DNA from: Planctomycetota bacterium
GTDB lineage: Bacteria > Planctomycetota > UBA1135
DNA: 64,000 bases
Direction of reading: 5' to 3'
Assembly (NCBI GenBank): GCA_030748415.1
Contig: JASMMA010000009.1
Location: 45,194 to 109,193 of the forward strand
Shown here: positions 57,673-64,000 of the stretch, in pieces
How the letters are laid out: every line of letters starts with the position of its first letter
Position numbering within the stretch: position 1 is the first letter of the stretch
Translations under genes and position numbers: made by a program
Notes under the pieces: generated by a model
What the model saw: the letters and a program-made list of their open reading frames with translations, nothing else
The model's database searches: none
Told to the model about the DNA's origin: nothing

Positions 57673-58511
57673 GCTGAAGGTTCCACATCCTTCGAGGGCA
57701 GGTCGCCTAAATCAGGGTAATCGCCCCCACGATTCATCAATAAGGTGTCCCGTACTTGTTTCAGTAAGGGTGCCGGTCCCGCAATGATGTTTCTCCCATT
57801 CAACCAATCGCCACCCGGGGAAATTGTGTCCACGACCCCACCTGCCTCAGAAACAAGGAGGCCTCCAGCAGCGACATCCCATGGGCTTAGGTGAAGTTCC
57901 CAAAATGCGTCCAACTTCCCAGCGGAAACATAGGCCAAGTCGATTGCCGCAGAGCCCATCCGCCTGAGCCCCCTTACGTTGAGAAACATGCGGTTAAAAT
58001 TTTCCAAGTTATTGTCTCGAAGAAGATGTCTTCGGTAAGGAAATCCCGTTGCTAAAACGGCTTCAAGAGTATTCCCTTTCGAGGATACGGTGACCTGCTT
58101 GCCATTCAGATAAGTCCCACCACCTAAAGTGGCGGAGAATGTTTCCCTTAAAACGGGAAGATGCACAACAGCCAGGTCCGGTGTTCCGTTTTTCAAGCGT
58201 GCGATTGAAACAGCGAACATAGGTAAGCCCTGAAGAAAGTTCACAGTGCCATCCAATGGATCGATGCACCAAGCATTATCCGTTTCACCCGGCCTAAGGC
58301 CGCCCTCTTCGGCCAATATTCCATCGCCTGGAAACAGTTTCTGAATACCTTCAACCAGAAACTCTTCGCTTTCCCTATCTGCAACACTTACCAAATCTCG
58401 AGGTGAAGATTTTGTTTGGATTTCCAACTCCTGAAGACTTCTCAACTTCTCAAGGAGAATTTTCCCAGCTTGCTGGGCAAGGTCAGCAATCTGGTCAGAA
58501 TCCGAAATCAT
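57669..58511 (-). CDS. suhB: Inositol monophosphatase
   Basis: DLVS.AD..SE, AEE, IDPLDGTVNF, RRMGSAAIDL and WDVAAG. Confidence 0.93.
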   Translation of the reverse strand: MISDSDQIADLAQQAGKILLEKLRSLQELEIQTKSSPRDLVSVADRESEEFLVEGIQKLFPGDGILAEEGGLRPGETDNAWCIDPLDGTVNFLQGLPMFAVSIARLKNGTPDLAVVHLPVLRETFSATLGGGTYLNGKQVTVSSKGNTLEAVLATGFPYRRHLLRDNNLENFNRMFLNVRGLRRMGSAAIDLAYVSAGKLDAFWELHLSPWDVAAGGLLVSEAGGVVDTISPGGDWLNGRNIIAGPAPLLKQVRDTLLMNRGGDYPDLGDLPSKDVEPSA

Positions 58512-59902
58512 GGTCTCTTCCAATTTTCTAGCACTTCCCGAATTGCGCTCTCCCGCATCTTCTTGAAGCGATTATTATGAGTGCGAGGCTTTCCGTCGCG
58601 CACATAGTTGACAAGAATTGAAAACACCAAAATGTCATTTTGGTCGGCGAGAAGGTAGCCCGACAAGGCACTTGCACCATGAATCCAACCCGTTTTTGCA
58701 TGGACTCGCCCTGGCTGAAAAATAGGATCCTGAAACCAAGCCTTGGAACGCCCCTCTAACCCTGCTATGGGAAGAGAATCAAAAAAAATGGGGGCGGTAG
58801 GTTGTTCAAGAAGGAATCGAAGCAAGGAACAAATTTGTCTAGGAGTCGCTTCGTTTCCATTTGAATCTTTCACTCGCGCCAAACCGCTACCATCCAATTG
58901 ACTCCAGGGAGTGCTATCCCAGCCTGCCTCTTTTAGAGCGTTGAAAACGGCCTGGGCACCACCAATAAAGTTTGGCTCGTGACCTGTTTCAGCGGCCAGG
59001 GTTCGCATAAGGACTTCAGTCACAAAGTTGTCACTGTCCTTGTTGGCGACCGTAAGGGCCTCAGCCAAGGACCATCCTGAAGGGAAGTCAAAGATGAGCT
59101 CGGCAGAAGTAGAAGGCGCCTCAGATTTTTCCCACTTAAATTCGGGGGCGATGACTCCTCGCTTCCTTAACCCCTCTTGAACCCAGTGAGCAAATATTTC
59201 TCTTGGCTCTCGGGCAGCTAAATCAACTTCTCCATCGCGACGGAGATCTCCTCGCACAGCCAGCGAAAAGTCGGATTGCCACCATGCAGAGAGCCCTTTC
59301 CCGCGCCCCGTGTCTCTAGAGTCCAGCTGGAGAGAAGCTCCCAAAGGTGGTTCGGTGAGGAGTTTTCTGGCCTTCGAAATTACTTTGATGCAATTTCCGT
59401 TAACCGACAAAGCAGAGACGGGGGCACACCATACGCTTTGCCATTGGTCTTCAGGCCAGAGTGGGTGGCGAGTCGGTCCACGAAAATAAGAGTCGTCGAG
59501 AATAAGCCTCGCAAAAGAATGGAGGCCTTTCTTTTTAAGTGAGGCGGCCAGTTCATCAAGGAAGCGCTCACCGTGGTTTCCCGTTGAAGTCAATCGAAGG
59601 GATGGGTCTCCTCCTCCAATGATGTGCAATTCTTTGCCCTTTCGCCAAACTCTTGTATGCCATCGAAAGTCCGAGCCAAGCCCAAGAAGGGCAGCTGAGG
59701 TCGTAAAAATCTTAGTATTGGAGGCAAGGACTTTTGGGCTGTCTGGGCGGTATTGCCAGACTACATTCCCTTCTAAATCTTGAAACAGAGCAGATACAGA
59801 AATATCACGCTCAGCATCCACTGGCCGAATTGAAGCTTCTTGAGCGAAGGAAGCTTGCCCAAACAGGAACACAAAAACAGCTAATGCCCAAAGAAATCTC
59901 AA
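58508..59902 (-). CDS. dacB: D-Ala-D-Ala carboxypeptidase/endopeptidase (PBP4, peptidase S13)
   Basis: SxxK (ASNTK), GGGDP, SDN, DGSGL and KTG motifs; signal peptide. Confidence 0.9.
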   Translation of the reverse strand: MRFLWALAVFVFLFGQASFAQEASIRPVDAERDISVSALFQDLEGNVVWQYRPDSPKVLASNTKIFTTSAALLGLGSDFRWHTRVWRKGKELHIIGGGDPSLRLTSTGNHGERFLDELAASLKKKGLHSFARLILDDSYFRGPTRHPLWPEDQWQSVWCAPVSALSVNGNCIKVISKARKLLTEPPLGASLQLDSRDTGRGKGLSAWWQSDFSLAVRGDLRRDGEVDLAAREPREIFAHWVQEGLRKRGVIAPEFKWEKSEAPSTSAELIFDFPSGWSLAEALTVANKDSDNFVTEVLMRTLAAETGHEPNFIGGAQAVFNALKEAGWDSTPWSQLDGSGLARVKDSNGNEATPRQICSLLRFLLEQPTAPIFFDSLPIAGLEGRSKAWFQDPIFQPGRVHAKTGWIHGASALSGYLLADQNDILVFSILVNYVRDGKPRTHNNRFKKMRESAIREVLENWKRP

Positions 59903-61437
59903 GGGCGCTCCCCCTCAAAAGCAAGTGCCCATGCAAGAGCTAGAAACTCGCGGGCAACCCAGGTCATCTTTCCATATTGAATTGTTCCGGGAACATCGCC
60001 GGGTTTGTGATAGACCGGATTGTCGTCGATGTTGCCTTCGAAGAAAAAGAGAGAAGGCACACCCTTCTGATAGAAAGAGTAATGGTCGCTCCTTGTAAAC
60101 AAATCGCGACCATATTCAGTATCCAAGTTTAACGGGTTCTGAATTCGCTTATGGAGCTTCTTCACAAGTTTGAGAAGTTTCGGGTTATCCCAAAGACCAC
60201 CAACATTCATGCTCTTCGGATTCGTGCGAGCAATTTGGTCCATATTCAGCATCGCGATTGTGCTTTCAAGGGGATGAATCGGTTTCCGACAGTATGCTCT
60301 AGAACCGAGTAGCCCAAGTTCTTCGCCAGAAAACCACACAAATAAAATATCTTCCTTCGGTTTGGTTTCCGAAAGGCCTTCGGCAACTTCGAGCAAGGCG
60401 GCGCTACCGCTCGCATTGTCATCAGCTCCGGGATGAATCGCGCTAGGGCTACCCCAAAATTCACCCGAATAGTTGAGACCTACATGGTCAAGATGAGCCC
60501 CCAGAAGGAGGGCTTCTCCATCTCCATCAGAGCCTCGAATCCAGGCTCCAAGGTTTTGATACTCAATTTTTTTGGCTTCCCAATGGACCGACAACTTTAG
60601 CTCGGTTTTTTTGGGCGCCTTCAAAATCACAGGGCGACGTTTTTTTTGCAAGCTCTGGTAATAGGCTTCCAAGTCTGTGTCAAAGATTTCACTTGCCGCG
60701 TCTAAAGAAACAGAAACCACGGGAAGGGAGGGCCAAGGTGAATACTGTTTAATTTGTTCAAGGTCCATTCCGCCAAACAATGGGATGGGCAACATCCCAG
60801 GCAAGGAAGAACTTGTGTCTGGAAATTCTGCTGGATCAGGAACAATGACAAGAGCTTCTGCACCAGCTCGGTAGGCTGCCTTTACCTTCGAGGTGAAGCT
60901 GGAATGCTTGGTGGGTTGAATGCCGTCAAAGGTTTTGGACTTCGGGTTGTCCGCTTTCGGCTCTCGAGTAAAAGCAAATACCACTTTCCCCTTTACCTTT
61001 TTTGGGGGGAGGTCCTGCCAGCGTTCGTTTCTTGCATCAATTGCAAACCCAACAAAAACGGGTTCGGCTTGAATGCTGCCCTCTTTGGAGCCAATCACCG
61101 GAGTAAAAGAAGCACCTTCAAGGTTGTGCTCCTTTTTCTTTGAATCAAACCAAGTAAGGTAAGATTTTGACGAAACTAAGGAGGGAAGTTCCCATGGCAA
61201 TCGGAAGCTTCCGTCTTTACCCGCCGGCTCAAGCCCCATGGAGAGAAGTTGTTCTTCTACATACACGGCCGCCTTCTCAAATCCAGGAGAACCCGTCCCC
61301 CTCCCTTGAAGTTCGGGGGAAGCCAAGTACGAAACATGGGCCATGCACTCCTCTTCGGTGATAGTGGCAACTCTTTCAAGGAGCGGATCGCCCCCTTCCT
61401 GCCATAAAAGAGCTGAAAACAAAACGGCTGAAATCAT
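59899..61437 (-). CDS. M28 peptidase with PA domain
   Basis: GR.TGS.G, GAHLDH, GADDNASG, GEELGLLGS, NMD, RSDH and YH.P.D. ATG at 61437 overlaps the galE stop. Confidence 0.92.
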   Translation of the reverse strand: MISAVLFSALLWQEGGDPLLERVATITEEECMAHVSYLASPELQGRGTGSPGFEKAAVYVEEQLLSMGLEPAGKDGSFRLPWELPSLVSSKSYLTWFDSKKKEHNLEGASFTPVIGSKEGSIQAEPVFVGFAIDARNERWQDLPPKKVKGKVVFAFTREPKADNPKSKTFDGIQPTKHSSFTSKVKAAYRAGAEALVIVPDPAEFPDTSSSLPGMLPIPLFGGMDLEQIKQYSPWPSLPVVSVSLDAASEIFDTDLEAYYQSLQKKRRPVILKAPKKTELKLSVHWEAKKIEYQNLGAWIRGSDGDGEALLLGAHLDHVGLNYSGEFWGSPSAIHPGADDNASGSAALLEVAEGLSETKPKEDILFVWFSGEELGLLGSRAYCRKPIHPLESTIAMLNMDQIARTNPKSMNVGGLWDNPKLLKLVKKLHKRIQNPLNLDTEYGRDLFTRSDHYSFYQKGVPSLFFFEGNIDDNPVYHKPGDVPGTIQYGKMTWVAREFLALAWALAFEGERP

Positions 61438-62411
61438 GACTCTTGGTAGCCCTTCGGGTTTTTCCGGTGCCAATTGACAGCAGTTTCGACAAGTGCATCC
61501 AAGTCGGTCCACTCTGGAACCCATTCGAGCTCGGTACGAGCTCGTGAAGCTTCCGCAACTAAACGAGAAGGGTCCCCTTCCCGACGACTACCACTCACAA
61601 AGGGGACAGGCTTCCCCGTTACGCGTTCAACTGATTTGAGGATTTCCTGAACACTCACTCCAGAACCCGTTCCGATATTCCAAGCACCAGAATTGCCCCC
61701 TGAAGAGAGTCGCTTCAAAGCAGCAAGATGCGCGGAAGCCAAGTCCAAAATGTGGATGTAATCCCGGATGCATGTTCCGTCGGGAGTGTCCCAATCATTT
61801 CCAAAAACGGTCAAGGGCTCTCGCTGCCCTAGTGCTGCTTGTACAGCGAGAGGAATCAGGTGAGTCTCGGGGTTGTGTGCCTCGCCATGGTTCGCATCTT
61901 CCTCGGCGCCGGATGCGTTGAAATATCGTAGCGCCGCAAATTTTCCCTGACCCGCCAAATCACGGTCTCGAAGTAGGCGCTCAACTGCAAGCTTGGTGTT
62001 GCCGTAAGGGTTCACTGGGTTCTGCGGATGGTCTTCCGAAAGTGTCTCCGTTATGGGGTTGCCATAAGTGGCACAAGTCGAACTAAAAACAAAGGGAGTG
62101 CCCTCCATTTTTTCGCACAAAAAAATCACTGGCAATACATTTGCGCGCCAATACCGGAGAGGTTGAAGAACGCTCTCGCCGACATATGCGCGGGCAGCAA
62201 AGTGAATAACACCATCAAAACTCCTACCCTCGAGAAAATTGTGAACCGCTCCCCTGTCAAGCAACTCCAACTCATGAAATTCCCCAGACCAAGCAGCGCG
62301 ATGGCCTTCGGATAAGTTATCCACAACCGTAACTTCATGGCCATTGCGATGCAGGAATCGGGCCGTGGCACTGCCAATGTACCCACAGCCTCCCGTAACT
62401 AAGATTTTCAT
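61434..62411 (-). CDS. galE: UDP-glucose 4-epimerase
   Basis: TGGCGYIGS, HFAA...VGESV, FSSTCATYG, PYG.TK, LRYFNA, PETHLIP and DGTCIRDYIH. Confidence 0.95.
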   Translation of the reverse strand: MKILVTGGCGYIGSATARFLHRNGHEVTVVDNLSEGHRAAWSGEFHELELLDRGAVHNFLEGRSFDGVIHFAARAYVGESVLQPLRYWRANVLPVIFLCEKMEGTPFVFSSTCATYGNPITETLSEDHPQNPVNPYGNTKLAVERLLRDRDLAGQGKFAALRYFNASGAEEDANHGEAHNPETHLIPLAVQAALGQREPLTVFGNDWDTPDGTCIRDYIHILDLASAHLAALKRLSSGGNSGAWNIGTGSGVSVQEILKSVERVTGKPVPFVSGSRREGDPSRLVAEASRARTELEWVPEWTDLDALVETAVNWHRKNPKGYQES

Positions 62412-62476
62412 GAATTGATTTCCTCTTTTTAGGGGGAGATGGTTCGTTCGGAGAAGTCCACCATACTCTCAGGGTC

Positions 62477-63676
62477 TCAGCTTTCGGTGAATCGCCTTAA
62501 CTCACTCCAAAATCCAGGAAAGGACTTTGCCACGCAATCAGGCTGGCTCACTTCAAGGCCCGCAATTGCACCTGCCATTGCAAGTCGGTGGTCGCCCGAA
62601 GAATCGAAGACTCCCCCTGGCTTAGGGCCCGCCGAATGAGGAGAAATCCTCAATAGGTTGTCACCCTCCAAAAGAGCTTGGGCACCAACCGCGTTTGCAA
62701 GCCGAACCATGCCATCAATGCGATCAGATTCTTTGATCCGCAGTCTCTGAAGTCCGGTAAAGGAAAGGCCGTGAGGAAGGTGAGATGCCAATACAGCAAG
62801 GGCGGGTCCGGCGTCGGGGAATGGGTCTAGGTTCACTTCCAGCTCTGTATTCGGATACTCAGAGGTCGCAGAAAATTCTTTTCCCTTCTTTTGAAGAATT
62901 TGAGAATCCAACAGCCAACGTGCCACCTGAGCTTCGGGATGCTCTTGGCTCCAAGCTCGAGTGAAGAAAAGTCGGCTCCTGCGAATTGCGAGAAGAACCA
63001 AAAAAAATGTGGCGGCTGACGCGTCAGCAGGGACCTCGAACTCCGCGCCTTCATCAACGGCCTGGCTTGGGAAAGATTTCAAAATGTCCTCTGTCATTTG
63101 AAAGTATCCACTAGAGGCAATTTTGTCCGGGAGTAGCAAAGACACGCCTCCGCGGGCGTGTGCTGCTAAGGCAAGCCCTGACAGGAATTGGCTGCTCAAC
63201 TCGCCAGGTCCCTTCCACTCACCAGAAGGAAGAGCGCCGCCACAAACTTTCAAACAGGGAGCAGGGCCATTTTTTACCCAGCTGACCTTGCAACCGTTGT
63301 CCCTTAAAAATTCCAAGAGTGGCTCATGAGGGCGCATCATTAATGCGGGACTCCCAGTCAGAGTAATCTCACCATCGCATATCCCAGAAAGGGCCAGAAG
63401 AAAACGGAGATTGGTTGCGGCCTCTCCAGCATTTAAAAAAACTGGACCACTCGGCGGACAACCACCCCAACCCTCCACCATTAGAGTGCCTTCCTCTGCA
63501 TGGAACTTCGCTCCCCATGTTTCAAGAGCGCTCTTCAAAAAGTGGGTATCTTCACAATCGCTTAGGCCCTTCAACGCCCGGGTTCCGTGCCCGCAGGCGG
63601 CCAATACCAATGCCCGCGCAGATGCAGATTTGCACCCGGGGAGTTCAATGGAGGCTCGTGAGGGAAGGTGAGACAT
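62477..63676 (-). CDS. aroA: EPSP synthase (3-phosphoshikimate 1-carboxyvinyltransferase)
   Basis: PG.KS...R, SSQFLSG, RIKESDRI, DHRLAM and CVAKSFPGF; ATG at 63676. Confidence 0.9.
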   Translation of the reverse strand: MSHLPSRASIELPGCKSASARALVLAACGHGTRALKGLSDCEDTHFLKSALETWGAKFHAEEGTLMVEGWGGCPPSGPVFLNAGEAATNLRFLLALSGICDGEITLTGSPALMMRPHEPLLEFLRDNGCKVSWVKNGPAPCLKVCGGALPSGEWKGPGELSSQFLSGLALAAHARGGVSLLLPDKIASSGYFQMTEDILKSFPSQAVDEGAEFEVPADASAATFFLVLLAIRRSRLFFTRAWSQEHPEAQVARWLLDSQILQKKGKEFSATSEYPNTELEVNLDPFPDAGPALAVLASHLPHGLSFTGLQRLRIKESDRIDGMVRLANAVGAQALLEGDNLLRISPHSAGPKPGGVFDSSGDHRLAMAGAIAGLEVSQPDCVAKSFPGFWSELRRFTES

Positions 63677-63715
63677 ATGCTGGAGTTTAGAGTAGCGTTG
63701 GTTAGAATCCCCCCC

Positions 63716-64000
63716 ATGAGCACTTCTCCGACATCCATAACCCCTGATGCCGGTTTCGCCGGCTGCCTCTCCATTCCGGGCTGGGACCATTTCTACACAG
63801 GAAAGGTCCGTGACCTTTATCAGCACCCTAGTCACCCGGACCACATGTTGATGATCGCGACCGACCGACTCAGCGCCTTTGATGTTGTCATGAAGGAAAC
63901 AGTTCCGGATCGTGGCCGGGTCTTAACCCACATTACCGAATATTGGCTCGAACAAGTTTCTGATCTCATTCCTGCTGCAAGGGTCACAATCGATCCGGCC
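63716..64000 (+). CDS. purC: SAICAR synthetase, 3'-partial (not in the ORF track)
   Basis: My translation from ATG 63716: ...HFYTGKVRDLYQ...MLMIATDRLSAFDVVM...PDRGRVLT; frame stays open to the window edge. Confidence 0.93.
   Translation, partial: MSTSPTSITPDAGFAGCLSIPGWDHFYTGKVRDLYQHPSHPDHMLMIATDRLSAFDVVMKETVPDRGRVLTHITEYWLEQVSDLIPAARVTIDPA

Noticed and set aside
63677-63844. N-terminal extension of the aroA ORF
   Set aside because: It overlaps purC on the opposite strand; EPSPS similarity begins at Met 63676.
1-64000. CRISPR arrays, IS elements, prophage, rRNA, riboswitches, defence systems
   Set aside because: I saw no repeat-spacer array, transposase, phage or rRNA signature, and no recognisable TPP riboswitch near the thi genes. 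A covariance-model search would be needed to exclude small RNAs.

Overview
A gene-dense, roughly 50% GC stretch of core bacterial chromosome. The gene set (integrin-like FG-GAP proteins, exported HEAT-repeat proteins, eukaryote-type UDP-GlcNAc pyrophosphorylase, double-length UvrA-like protein) suggests a PVC/Planctomycetota organism; this is inference only. Content: an RNA-metabolism block (pcnB, rsmG, 3 tRNAs, smpB-ssrA), recA-alaS, a full rpmF-plsX-fabH-fabD-fabG-acpP-fabF operon, tRNA-Leu(CAA) followed by two tandem FG-GAP proteins, two tandem exported HEAT proteins, purM/dxr/rseP, an ECF sigma/anti-sigma/TolC set, a long translationally coupled minus-strand operon (galE-M28-dacB-suhB-uvrA-like-xpb-XPB partner-thiE), aroA and a partial purC absent from the ORF track. 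I saw no CRISPR, IS element or prophage. Main leads: (1) a half-degenerate four-NBD UvrA-like gene coupled to an XPB helicase pair; (2) a dif-like Xer site at 28058-28085 beside an orphan gene with an integrase core-binding-like segment; (3) a recurring TANNNT + 6-8 nt + start codon layout suggesting leaderless mRNAs; (4) short signal peptides ending in (P)Q/QE; (5) a shared C-terminal domain on both FG-GAP proteins; (6) a GAAC-N4-GTTC box overlapping the recA RBS. All calls are by eye from motifs; no searches were run.
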